A stretch of 64,000 bases of DNA from an uncultured Candidatus Saccharibacteria bacterium (GTDB lineage Bacteria; Patescibacteriota; Minisyncoccia; Phycocordibacterales; UBA918). Of this stretch, positions 8,029 to 16,691 are shown piece after piece. The stretch spans positions 185,968-249,967 of the forward strand of contig CAZRNZ010000001.1 of assembly GCA_964601615.1 (NCBI GenBank). The letters run 5' to 3'. The position numbers and the translations under genes were made by a program. Position 1 is the stretch's first letter. Each line of letters begins with the position of its first letter. The notes below the pieces were generated by a model. That model was not told the DNA's origin. It saw only the letters and a list, made by a program, of their open reading frames with translations, and made no database searches.

Positions 8029-10851
8029 TCATTGTGAAATAATAAAATTGAGAATTTTTCCTGGTACGTAAACCACTTTTTTAATTTCTACTCCCTCTAA
8101 ATACTTAGCAACACCCACTTGTTCTTTTGCCAATAAAATTGCTTCATCTTCTGTTGTATTAGAGACCAAAGTTATATCTCCCCTCACCTTCCCATTCACT
8201 TGAACACCGATTTTTATAACCTCATTCTCTAACAAACCTTCGTCAGCTGTTGGAAAATCTGTTGCATGAATAGTAAATTCATTTCCAAGACTACTCCAAA
8301 GCTCTTCTGTTAGGTGAGGGGCAAAAGGTGCGAGGATTTTTAAGAATTTTTCGTAGGAGTCTTTGGATAGACCTGTTTTCTCAACAGCATTTACATAAAT
8401 CATCATTGCACTAACAGCTGTATTGAACTTAAATCCTTCAATATCTTCTGTTACTTTTTGAATAGTCTTATGTAATAGTCTAGTAGATTCTTCTGGCTCA
8501 CTTTCTACAATATGCTCACTAAGGCCATTTACTCTTTCTATGAACCTTTGAGCACCTACCAAACCATTTGTGCTCCAGGCTACTGTATTTTCAAATGGTC
8601 CCATGAACATTTCGTAAATTCTCATGGAATCAGCGCCATTTTGCTTCACAATATCATCAGGATTAATTACATTCCCCCATCTTTTAGACATCTTTCTTCC
8701 ATCTTCTGCCAAAATGAAGCCCAAGAACTCAAGTCTAGTAAAAGGCTCAATATAATTTACAGCACCTATATCATAAAGGAATTTATGCCAAAATCGTGCG
8801 TAAATTAAGTGCCTAACAGCATGGTCTCCTCCCACATAAACATCAACTGGCGACCATTTTTTATCTTTGTCTTTATTAATCAGAACGTCATTGTTTTTTG
8901 GATCAACAAAGCGAAGATAATACCAAGAAGAACCTGCCCATTGCGGCATGGTATTTGTCTCACGCTTGGCTGGTTTAGCACATTTTGAACAATCGACATT
9001 TACCCAATCATCAATAGCCGCCAATGGTGATTCTCCTGTACCTGTCGGTTCGTAATTTTCTACTTCGGGCAAAGTAACCGGAAGTTGTTCAAAAGGAACT
9101 GGTACAACACCACAATCTGCACAATGAATCACTGGAATTGGTTCACCCCAATATCTTTGTCTAGAAAACACCCAATCACGAATTTTATAAGTATTAGTAA
9201 GTCTTCCACCTACTTTTTCAGTAATAGTTTTTTTAGCTTCTTCACTATTTAATCCATCAAATTCCCCAGAGTTTACCAAACTTCCGACACCAGTCCATGA
9301 ACAGCCATTTAGAAAATCACTCCATATATCAAAATGTGCTTCCCAAGTAATTTTTTTACCAACTTCTTCTTTATCAACCCATTCAACAGTATGTCTACCC
9401 TCATCTATTTCTGAAGAAACTTGAGTCAAACTCTTAAGCTTAATATGATAACCAAAACTTTTAGTCTTTTGGTTCTTATCTTTTGTATGACGATAAACCA
9501 GTGCCGTATGAATACTCACTGGACCACTCACAATTTCATAATCAGTAAAACCAGTCTCCTCAATCAACTCTCTCCCAATCGCAACTTCGTGTTTTTCACA
9601 ATCTGTGCCACCACCTACAAAATGTATATGATCGGGACTGCTTCCATCAGTCTCTCTTTGTAGTAAAAAGGTGCCGTCTGTTGGATGCTCAATAATCAAA
9701 TCTATCACATCACCACGATCCAATGTCTCTACACCTTCTTTAGTTTTTAAATCAAAGTGTCGAGCAATGACTTGCGTGATAGGTAAGTTAAATTTTTTAG
9801 CAAAAGCAGCATCACGTTCATCATGTGCTGGTACTGCCATAATTGCACCAGTACCGTAGTTTGCCAGTACATAATCAGCAATAAATACTGGAATTTCCTC
9901 ACCATTTGCTGGATTTACAGCAGTAACACCCTCAAGCTTTACACCCGTCTTTTCTTTATCGTTGTTTGTACGATCTATTTCACTCTTTAGTTTTGATTCT
10001 TTTATATACATCAAAACCTCATCTTTATTTTGAATCGGTAACTTATTCACCAGTTCATTCTCTGGTGCTAAAACTAAGTAAGTTACGCCAAACAAAGTAT
10101 CTGGACGAGTGGTAAAGACTGTCACTTTTTCACCATTAGATAAAGTAAAATCGACTTCCGCTCCTTCACTTTTACCAATCCAATTTCTTTGTGCTTCTTT
10201 AATATGTTCTGGCCAATCAAGTGTGTCCAAATCAGCTAACATACGGTCAGCATAATCAGTAATTTTTAAAACCCACTGACGCATTGGTTTTTTTTCTACA
10301 ATACTGCCACAACGCTCACAAGTACCATCACTTTCAAGATCTTCATTAGCTAATCCTGTCTGACATCCTGGACACCAATTAATTGGCTCGTAAGACTGAA
10401 AAGCTAAACCCTTTTCAAGCATTTTCAAGAAAGCCCATTGAGTCCATTTATAGAATTCAGGATCAGTTGTGTTTATTTCTTTGCTCCAGTCATAGTTAAA
10501 GCCAAGATGAGCTAATTGTTGTTTAAAGTTAGCAATATTTTTTTCCACTGCAGCGCGGGGGTGTACCTTGTTTTTAATCGCAAAGTTTTCTGCTGGTAGA
10601 CCAAAAGCATCCCAACCCATTGGATGAAGTACTTCAAAGCCAGACATTTTTTTGAAGCGAGAATAGATATCAGTAGCAATATAGCCTTTTGGATGCCCTA
10701 CATGAAGGCCTTCTCCAGAAGGATAAGGAAACATATCGAGTACATAAACTTTTTCTTTATCAGAATCTGTATTTGTCTGATAAATATTGGCCTCTTCCCA
10801 TTTTTTCTGCCATTTTTTCTCTATGGCGCTGTGATCAAACTTTTTATGCAT
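8029..10851 (-). CDS. leuS: leucyl-tRNA synthetase with embedded Nudix hydrolase domain
   Basis: Class I aaRS motifs (HVGH, editing TTRPDT, ...KMSKRWGNVI KMSKS-like). Start taken at MHKKFDHSAIEKKWQ (10851); the upstream Met at 10902 adds a non-conserved Cys-rich leader. An extra ~157-aa segment (~aa 381-540) contains a full Nudix box GGGTDCEKHEVAIGRELIEETGF. Confidence 0.9.
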   Translation of the reverse strand: MHKKFDHSAIEKKWQKKWEEANIYQTNTDSDKEKVYVLDMFPYPSGEGLHVGHPKGYIATDIYSRFKKMSGFEVLHPMGWDAFGLPAENFAIKNKVHPRAAVEKNIANFKQQLAHLGFNYDWSKEINTTDPEFYKWTQWAFLKMLEKGLAFQSYEPINWCPGCQTGLANEDLESDGTCERCGSIVEKKPMRQWVLKITDYADRMLADLDTLDWPEHIKEAQRNWIGKSEGAEVDFTLSNGEKVTVFTTRPDTLFGVTYLVLAPENELVNKLPIQNKDEVLMYIKESKLKSEIDRTNNDKEKTGVKLEGVTAVNPANGEEIPVFIADYVLANYGTGAIMAVPAHDERDAAFAKKFNLPITQVIARHFDLKTKEGVETLDRGDVIDLIIEHPTDGTFLLQRETDGSSPDHIHFVGGGTDCEKHEVAIGRELIEETGFTDYEIVSGPVSIHTALVYRHTKDKNQKTKSFGYHIKLKSLTQVSSEIDEGRHTVEWVDKEEVGKKITWEAHFDIWSDFLNGCSWTGVGSLVNSGEFDGLNSEEAKKTITEKVGGRLTNTYKIRDWVFSRQRYWGEPIPVIHCADCGVVPVPFEQLPVTLPEVENYEPTGTGESPLAAIDDWVNVDCSKCAKPAKRETNTMPQWAGSSWYYLRFVDPKNNDVLINKDKDKKWSPVDVYVGGDHAVRHLIYARFWHKFLYDIGAVNYIEPFTRLEFLGFILAEDGRKMSKRWGNVINPDDIVKQNGADSMRIYEMFMGPFENTVAWSTNGLVGAQRFIERVNGLSEHIVESEPEESTRLLHKTIQKVTEDIEGFKFNTAVSAMMIYVNAVEKTGLSKDSYEKFLKILAPFAPHLTEELWSSLGNEFTIHATDFPTADEGLLENEVIKIGVQVNGKVRGDITLVSNTTEDEAILLAKEQVGVAKYLEGVEIKKVVYVPGKILNFIISQ

Positions 10852-10932
10852 AACTTGAAATAAACAAAATGACTCCCGCTTTATACAGGAGTCATTATGC
10901 AATCTAAAACAAGATTGTTCAACCTTTCAGGA

Positions 10933-11841
10933 TTACTGGTTAAGAGTTTTAACTTCTTCAGGAAAAACTACACGATCGAAACACTTTTGACCTTCACCAT
11001 GATCCCAAATATTATTTTTACTGTATTTATCTATCTCATAGTAATACTGGCCACTATTTCTTTCTGACTCAGGTGTTGCACGAGAAAAAGTGGCACAAAG
11101 TTGATAAGTCTCGGCCCCAGTAAGATTATATTCATACTGAGCGCGACCCTCTGTGGCAATAGGTGCTGGAAAATCTGGATAAGCTTGATCAATACTATCT
11201 GGTAAAACACCATTTGTTTGATAGAATCCTTGAATTTTCCAATGGATATTTTGTAAATCTGATACTTGCTGTTGATCAATCTTTATTTCACGAGTTTGTG
11301 ATGGAGAATCAATTTGCATGTAACCAATAACAGCAAAAACAATTACAACAACAGAAACTACTGCTCCGATAATTTTTGAAACAGTTTCTTTCTTGTTCCA
11401 ATAATCTTTGGCATCCAATAGATAATAGTAGAAAGCACCTCCGATTATTAACAGCATTGCTAATGCTTTCAAAATAAATCGAATTGTAATTTCTCCATTA
11501 AGGAAATAGAAAACTACCGTAGCTAAATCTCCCAACATCACCATTCCAGCAATTAGAAGTGCTATGTAGATAAACCACTTAGTTAATTTGTGATAAAGCT
11601 CCCCTTCGTCACGACGTCCGTTATTTACCTTTCTTGTGATAAAAATATATGCAGGGAAAAATACTGCCAGAACTGCGATTGTGTAACGAATGCTACTTTG
11701 AGCACTTTCAATTCTCCAATAACTTTCAGCCGCATCTGGAAAAGCCAGGTTGATAATCGAGAATACCAGCAAAATAAATGCCGGCAATGACACGAACAAT
11801 GTTGCCAATGAAGCTAATTGCAATACAAAACTTTTTGCCAT
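10933..11841 (-). CDS. hypothetical polytopic membrane protein
   Basis: 302 aa. 5-6 TM helices in the N-terminal two thirds, soluble C-terminal domain with a conserved-looking Cys pair. Confidence 0.55.
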   Translation of the reverse strand: MAKSFVLQLASLATLFVSLPAFILLVFSIINLAFPDAAESYWRIESAQSSIRYTIAVLAVFFPAYIFITRKVNNGRRDEGELYHKLTKWFIYIALLIAGMVMLGDLATVVFYFLNGEITIRFILKALAMLLIIGGAFYYYLLDAKDYWNKKETVSKIIGAVVSVVVIVFAVIGYMQIDSPSQTREIKIDQQQVSDLQNIHWKIQGFYQTNGVLPDSIDQAYPDFPAPIATEGRAQYEYNLTGAETYQLCATFSRATPESERNSGQYYYEIDKYSKNNIWDHGEGQKCFDRVVFPEEVKTLNQ

Positions 11842-11898
11842 AATTAAAGATAGTTATTAAACACTACTTTTTGATTATATCACTTAAATTATATTAAA

Positions 11899-11932
11899 CC
11901 CCAGACTTTCTTTGAAAGTCTGGGGTTTTATT
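11899..11932. terminator. hairpin CCCCAGACTTT-ctttg-AAAGTCTGGGG followed by TTTTATT
   Basis: Perfect 11-bp stem between ychF and the downstream membrane-protein gene. Could act on either strand. Confidence 0.5.
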
Positions 11933-12090
11933 ACAGCTTTATGAAAGATTGTAAGAATCCTAGAAGCTTTACATGAAATACATCAATATTGAATATCAAT
12001 ACAAGAAGAAAAAATACGATAACTATCAGCAACGTGGCTGATAAAGATTTTTTATTCACTTCACTTGAAAACATTTCCTCCTCCAGTTTT

Positions 12091-13191
12091 CTAGCTATGC
12101 ATGAATTCCATCACATCACCATCCTCAACGATATACTCCTTTCCCTCAGTACGCAACTTACCAGCTTCACGCGCTTTTGCTAATGAACCCGCTTCTACTA
12201 AATCGCTAAAAGAAACAACCTGAGCGCGAATATACTTACTCTGGAAATCAGTATGGATTGCCGCACCAGCTTCTGGACCTGTTGATCCACGCTCAATTGT
12301 CCAAGCACGAGTTTCTTTTTCACCAGTTGTAAAGTATGACATTAAACCAAGTAGACGGTAACACGCTCTAATTAAGCTTTCTACCCCACTATCTTGTGAA
12401 CCATATTCGCGGCGAAATTCTATTTTTTCGTCTTCTTCTAAATCTTTTAGTTCATGTTCCATTCCGGCATCAACAACCACATATTCTGAGCCAGATTCTT
12501 CAAAAAATTCCACCAAACGCTGCCATCTTTCGTCATTTTGTTCATCCAAGTTATATGAGCCTTGCTTACGATTACAAACATACAGAAATGGCTTCATAGT
12601 AAGAAGATGTAAGCCTTTAATCAGCTTCTTTTGCTCATCAGTGAAAGCAAAAGAGTTAGCTAACTTACCATCTTGCAAGTGAGTAATAAGTTCTGAAAGA
12701 ACTTCTTGCTCTGCTACAGCAGACTTATCGCCACGTTTAGCATCTCTTTCTACGCTATTTAAACGCTTTGAAACTGTCTCAGCATCAGACATCATTAACT
12801 CAAGATTAATGACCTCAATATCACTCATTGGATCAACTAAGCCAGACACATGGTGCACATCACTATCTTCAAAAATACGTACAACCTCAGCAATCATTGA
12901 AACCTCACGGATATTTGAAAGAAATTTGTTACCCAGACCTTCTCCTGAAGCCGCACCCTTAACTAATCCAGCAATATCCACAAACTCCACAATTGCAGGA
13001 ATAACTTTGGCAGTATTAGAAATCTTTGCCAATGTTTCCAATCTTGGATCAGGCACAGCAACTACACCAACAGAGGGGTCAATTGTACAAAATGGGTAAT
13101 TTTCTGCCGGCACACTACTGCGAGTAAGCGCATTAAAAAGTGTCGATTTTCCGACATTTGGTAGTCCTACGATTCCTACTGATAATTGCAT
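12091..13191 (-). CDS. ychF: ribosome-binding ATPase YchF (Obg-like GTPase family)
   Basis: G1 VGIVGLPNVGKSTLFNALT, TGS-like C-terminal ...IVEDGDVMEF. 366 aa. Confidence 0.9.
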   Translation of the reverse strand: MQLSVGIVGLPNVGKSTLFNALTRSSVPAENYPFCTIDPSVGVVAVPDPRLETLAKISNTAKVIPAIVEFVDIAGLVKGAASGEGLGNKFLSNIREVSMIAEVVRIFEDSDVHHVSGLVDPMSDIEVINLELMMSDAETVSKRLNSVERDAKRGDKSAVAEQEVLSELITHLQDGKLANSFAFTDEQKKLIKGLHLLTMKPFLYVCNRKQGSYNLDEQNDERWQRLVEFFEESGSEYVVVDAGMEHELKDLEEDEKIEFRREYGSQDSGVESLIRACYRLLGLMSYFTTGEKETRAWTIERGSTGPEAGAAIHTDFQSKYIRAQVVSFSDLVEAGSLAKAREAGKLRTEGKEYIVEDGDVMEFMHS

Positions 13192-13230
13192 AATGGAGTT
13201 AGATTAACAAAATAAAACAAAAAGACAAAA

Positions 13231-13256
13231 GTAAAGGTCGCGCTTCGCGCGACCTA
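13231..13256 (-). terminator. GC hairpin GGTCGCGC-ttcg-GCGCGACC with T-rich tail on minus strand
   Basis: Lies just after the stop of the 13262..13600 gene. Confidence 0.6.
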
Positions 13257-13261
13257 AAAAA

Positions 13262-13600
13262 TTATTGAACGATTTCCCAAACAGGAACTTCAGCATTGCG
13301 CCACCCGAGAGAACTTTCCATAGTTATTGGAACAGCTTCGTAGAGATGACAACCAGAGCCGATACTGGGAGTCGGTTTCACCAGAAAAATTGGCTTGTCG
13401 GGTTCCTCGTATTTGGCAAGAAATACTCCATCAAGCACAACGCCGTCGCGGCCGCGTAAATCCTTGTATTTGGCCTCAAGAGCAACGACACCCTTTGAGC
13501 CACAGCTCTCCATCAGGTTTGCCACCTGCATGGAATGAATGAAACGACGCATTCCTTCCTGGTTTGCCACTTCTGCTGGAATAAGAACATTAAAAGCCAC
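13262..13600 (-). CDS. hypothetical 112-aa protein, compositionally atypical (GC ~50%)
   Basis: GTG start at 13600 is preceded by a strong SD (GGAGG, 5-nt spacer) and followed by an uninterrupted 112 codons with protein-like composition. No family recognised. Confidence 0.55.
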   Translation of the reverse strand: MAFNVLIPAEVANQEGMRRFIHSMQVANLMESCGSKGVVALEAKYKDLRGRDGVVLDGVFLAKYEEPDKPIFLVKPTPSIGSGCHLYEAVPITMESSLGWRNAEVPVWEIVQ

Positions 13601-13675
13601 CTCTGCCTCCTATAGGGCTCTGAAAAACAAGCCGTAATATACCACAGAATTTTAAAAAGGAAAGTTATTAGAGGA

Positions 13676-13725
13676 AAATAAAAAGACCACCCTGTTTGCC
13701 TCCTTGGTCAAACCGTGGGTGGTCG
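13676..13725 (-). terminator. intrinsic terminator GACCACCC...GGGTGGTC followed by TTTTTATTTT (minus strand)
   Basis: 8-bp GC stem, 22-nt loop, U-tract. Lies in the 270-nt spacer between the NAD(P)H dehydrogenase gene and the GC-rich ORF. Confidence 0.6.
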
Positions 13726-13860
13726 TGTGTTCAGCTTAGTTGCTGACACTTGTCGCAACAGTGGGTTGTCGCTCGGGTTTTATCCCATTGCTCCGGCCTG
13801 ATCAGGAAGCGACGAAAGAAACGAACTTACTCATCGTAAGCATTCTCCTCACAAGTTGAA
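13726..13860 (-). ncRNA. possible structured leader or small RNA (GC-rich, hairpin-rich), unclassified
   Basis: ~50% GC versus the ~39% background. Nested complementary segments (GUCGCU...AGCGAC; palindrome CCUGAUCAGG; GGG-uuuuau-CCC). A TATAAT -10 with TTGCAT -35 lies at ~13866-13900 on the minus strand. The segment ends in the terminator above. Confidence 0.3.
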
Positions 13861-13870
13861 CACTCTTTTA

Positions 13871-14449
13871 TTATATACCTTTTTTCGCCATAGATGCAAT
13901 GTCACCCAGCCAATTATCACGACAAACATTATCCACCTTGTCACAAGGACCGAAGGCGGTAACCTTGGTCTTAAGTCCGGCAAATTCTAAGATCCCGTAC
14001 TGAATTTCATTTGTATAATCACCAAATTGCCACCAAGTCTGGAATGGACTATGCGTACCAGCAACGATAATAACTCGTGCAGTTTTTCCTGTAAGTCGTT
14101 TTACTAATTTTTTAGTTTCTTTATCAAAATTAAAAGCAAAACCTGGTAACCAAACTCGGTCAAACAAACCCTTAAGTAAAGCTGGCATAGTACACCACCA
14201 GTTTGGATAAATAATTACCACATGATCAACTGCACGAATTGTTTCTTGTAATGAAATTAAGTCTGGTTCTAAAACCTGAATTTCCTTGTATCCTTTATGG
14301 AGAATTGGATCAAAGTTTAATTCACCTAGATTTACTCGATAAACATCGTGCCCAGCTTCACGCGCTGAAGATTCGTAGCGATCAGCTATTTGTCCTGAAT
14401 AAGTCTCTTTGTCTGGATGACCAAGTAATACCAGTATCTTTTTTTGCAT
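13871..14449 (-). CDS. flavodoxin-like fold NAD(P)H dehydrogenase (quinone) family protein
   Basis: MQKKILVLLGHPDKETYSG...VIIYPNWWCTMPALLKGLFDRV matches the Flavodoxin_2/NQO-like signature. Confidence 0.8.
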   Translation of the reverse strand: MQKKILVLLGHPDKETYSGQIADRYESSAREAGHDVYRVNLGELNFDPILHKGYKEIQVLEPDLISLQETIRAVDHVVIIYPNWWCTMPALLKGLFDRVWLPGFAFNFDKETKKLVKRLTGKTARVIIVAGTHSPFQTWWQFGDYTNEIQYGILEFAGLKTKVTAFGPCDKVDNVCRDNWLGDIASMAKKGI

Positions 14450-14460
14450 ATTACTTTATA

Positions 14461-14495
14461 TGATAACAAAGACGCGGCGCCTTCGGCGCCGCGTC
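14461..14495 (-). terminator. GACGCGGCGCC-ttcg-GCGCCGCGTC hairpin with T-tail on minus
   Basis: Perfect 11-bp GC stem directly after the stop of 14508..14822. Confidence 0.65.
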
Positions 14496-14507
14496 ATGTT
14501 GATACCT

Positions 14508-14822
14508 CTATCTTCTTATAGAACCATCTGGATTAAAACGTCCAGCTGCACCACCTTGCATATTAGCAAGTTTTTCTCGCATTTCTGGAGACATAGCAGA
14601 CATAATCTCTGTCTGATATTTTGGAAGAACCTTCATAGCAGCTGCCATTTGATTATTACCATTCTTCTTTAGTTCTTCCTGCATTTCTTTAGCAATCTTT
14701 TCAAATAACTGTGGATTCTTCTCCAAAAGAGCCATAATCATCTCACGTTGCTCTGGAGGAGCGTCTTTAAGCTGTTTATCTAGCAATTTCTTAATCGCAA
14801 AATTCTTCAAATTTCCAAACAT
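14508..14822 (-). CDS. hypothetical small helical protein
   Basis: 104-aa ORF, K/E/Q-rich helical composition. No motif recognised. Confidence 0.5.
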   Translation of the reverse strand: MFGNLKNFAIKKLLDKQLKDAPPEQREMIMALLEKNPQLFEKIAKEMQEELKKNGNNQMAAAMKVLPKYQTEIMSAMSPEMREKLANMQGGAAGRFNPDGSIRR

Positions 14823-14887
14823 ATATCAAAATAATACCATATAGTAAAAATTCCTCATTATTGAAAAATAGGCAAAAGTATTGACTT

Positions 14888-15340
14888 TTGTTAAATAAAT
14901 TGCTAAGCTATTTAGCTAAATTTCTTATGAATCGGGAAAAATATATATCAAACTTCTTAAAATCTCTCAAAGAATGTGATCGAGGGACTTGGGGAAAAAT
15001 ATCAAAGATACCAATAGCTAAGCTTACAGCTTCTCAATGGGGTGTTCTCTCGCTCATAGAAAGCGGTGGAAAATCAGTCAAACAGATTGCTGAAATAATG
15101 CTCATTACAGGAAGCGCTGTAACTCAAATAGCTAACGATTTAGCAAGCAAGGATTTACTTAAAAAAGTTGTTGATAAAAATGATAAAAGAGTAATAAATC
15201 TCACTCCTACATCTAAAGCCAAAAAACTCTTACAAGAAATGGATGAATGGCAAGCAACAGAGTTAAAAACGATGTTTTCAAAATTAACCGATAAAGAACT
15301 AAAAACACTAGTTGAACTACACGAAAAAATAATCAAATAA
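14888..15340 (+). CDS. MarR-family transcriptional regulator
   Basis: Winged HTH LTASQWGVLSLIESGGKSVKQIAEIMLITGSAVTQIANDLASKDLLKK...DKRVINLTPT. Start uncertain: 14888 or the Met at 14927. Confidence 0.75.
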   Translation: MLNKLLSYLAKFLMNREKYISNFLKSLKECDRGTWGKISKIPIAKLTASQWGVLSLIESGGKSVKQIAEIMLITGSAVTQIANDLASKDLLKKVVDKNDKRVINLTPTSKAKKLLQEMDEWQATELKTMFSKLTDKELKTLVELHEKIIK

Positions 15341-15347
15341 CAATTAT

Positions 15348-16682
15348 ATGAAAATCAAAAATATTTTAAAAAACACAAAAAACAATATTCAAAAGCATCC
15401 GATTATTTCTGGAGTAATCTTTTTGATTATTATAGCGGGGACCATAACATCTTTCTTCACAAGCAAAGAAGTTAAGGATGAAGAAGCTAATGATAATCCT
15501 AGAACAGTAGAGATTATTGAGGTGAGTGATTTTCGCAGCGGAGCACTTGGAATTTCTTCTCCGATAGCTGGTGGTGACTCTTTTGTAATTCGAGCTGAAA
15601 GTAGCGGCAAAATCACAAAGGTGGCAAATTTGACTGAAGTTTCTCAAGGAACAATTATTGCAGAAATAGAAAACTCAGCACAAAGAGCAGCCCTTTTGCA
15701 GGCACAAGGTGCTTACGAAGGAACATTGGCTATGGCTGAACAAAGTAATATTGGAGCTGTTGATGCAAACACAGCACTAACAGCAGCCAAAAACGAAGCA
15801 GTTAACACAAACAAATCTGCTTTAACAGCTTGGACATCAACCATGTACAACGTAGTTGATCAAGTTTTTAATAAGCCATTAGAAAAATTTCCAGGAGTAG
15901 AAATTGATGCATTTGGAGAAGCACCACAAATCAGTCGCGAACGCGGCTCGTTAAACGAGACTTTAAAAAACTGGAATCAAGATGCACAAAGACTTAATGC
16001 AGGAATGACCACAGCTGAAATAATTATTGGAATCGATTCTGCTATCACAAACACAAATAGACTTTCTACATTAGTAAATCAATTTGTTCTTCTTCTACCA
16101 AGACAGAAGGTAGACAACCCTTTACCACAAGAATACATAACCGCTTTACAAAATAGTTTTGCTAGCGCACAGGCAACTCTAGATGCTCAGAAATCAGCTC
16201 TTGAAAGAGCTAAAACTGGACTACAAAGAGCTGAAGAGGGACTTAAAAGTGCAGAGATAAGTGGCACAAGTGGAACTATTTCTTCTGCCAATGCACAAAC
16301 AAAACAAGCTCTTGGTTCTTATCAGGCAGCTCGCTCAGCTTACGAGAAGACAATTGTTCGCGCGCCTTTTGCTGGAAAAATTTCTTCGGTAAACGTAAAT
16401 ATGGGCGACATAGTAAATTATGGTTCTGATGTAGCCATTATTACCCCAAATGAAGGAGAGAGTACTGAAGTTTCATTTTTGTTGCCACTTTCAGCGGTTA
16501 AATACACACCAGATGGCGCTACTGTATTTGTCATAAACCAAGAAGGTAATCTGGAAACAATACAGGTTGAAACTGGTCTTGTAACTGCTTCTTCTATCAA
16601 AATTACTGGACTTACTGGTGAAGAAAAAATTGTAAAAGACATTAGAGGTCTACGTGCTGGTGATAAGGTAGAAGTTAATTAA
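15348..16682 (+). CDS. efflux RND periplasmic adaptor (membrane fusion protein, HlyD-like)
   Basis: N-terminal TM, biotin-lipoyl-like segment, long coiled-coil Ala/Gln-rich hairpin, C-terminal beta-barrel. Sits 7 nt upstream of the RND permease. Confidence 0.75.
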   Translation: MKIKNILKNTKNNIQKHPIISGVIFLIIIAGTITSFFTSKEVKDEEANDNPRTVEIIEVSDFRSGALGISSPIAGGDSFVIRAESSGKITKVANLTEVSQGTIIAEIENSAQRAALLQAQGAYEGTLAMAEQSNIGAVDANTALTAAKNEAVNTNKSALTAWTSTMYNVVDQVFNKPLEKFPGVEIDAFGEAPQISRERGSLNETLKNWNQDAQRLNAGMTTAEIIIGIDSAITNTNRLSTLVNQFVLLLPRQKVDNPLPQEYITALQNSFASAQATLDAQKSALERAKTGLQRAEEGLKSAEISGTSGTISSANAQTKQALGSYQAARSAYEKTIVRAPFAGKISSVNVNMGDIVNYGSDVAIITPNEGESTEVSFLLPLSAVKYTPDGATVFVINQEGNLETIQVETGLVTASSIKITGLTGEEKIVKDIRGLRAGDKVEVN

Positions 16683-16691
16683 AATAATTAT

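Noticed and set aside
10852-10902. N-terminal extension of LeuRS (MHNDSCIKRESFCLFQV...)
   Set aside because: The conserved LeuRS N-terminus begins at MHKKFDHSAIEKKWQ. The extension is not conserved-looking and probably reflects an upstream in-frame ATG.
13601-13870. SRP RNA, RNase P RNA, tmRNA or TPP riboswitch in the GC-rich spacer
   Set aside because: Motif searches by eye were negative: GGAAGCAGC-like SRP domain IV, GGAAAGUCCGG P4, tmRNA GGUUCGAUUCC T-arm. A CCUGAUC...GGAUAA resemblance to the TPP element lacks the CUGAGA pyrimidine-sensing helix. Kept only as an unclassified structured RNA candidate.
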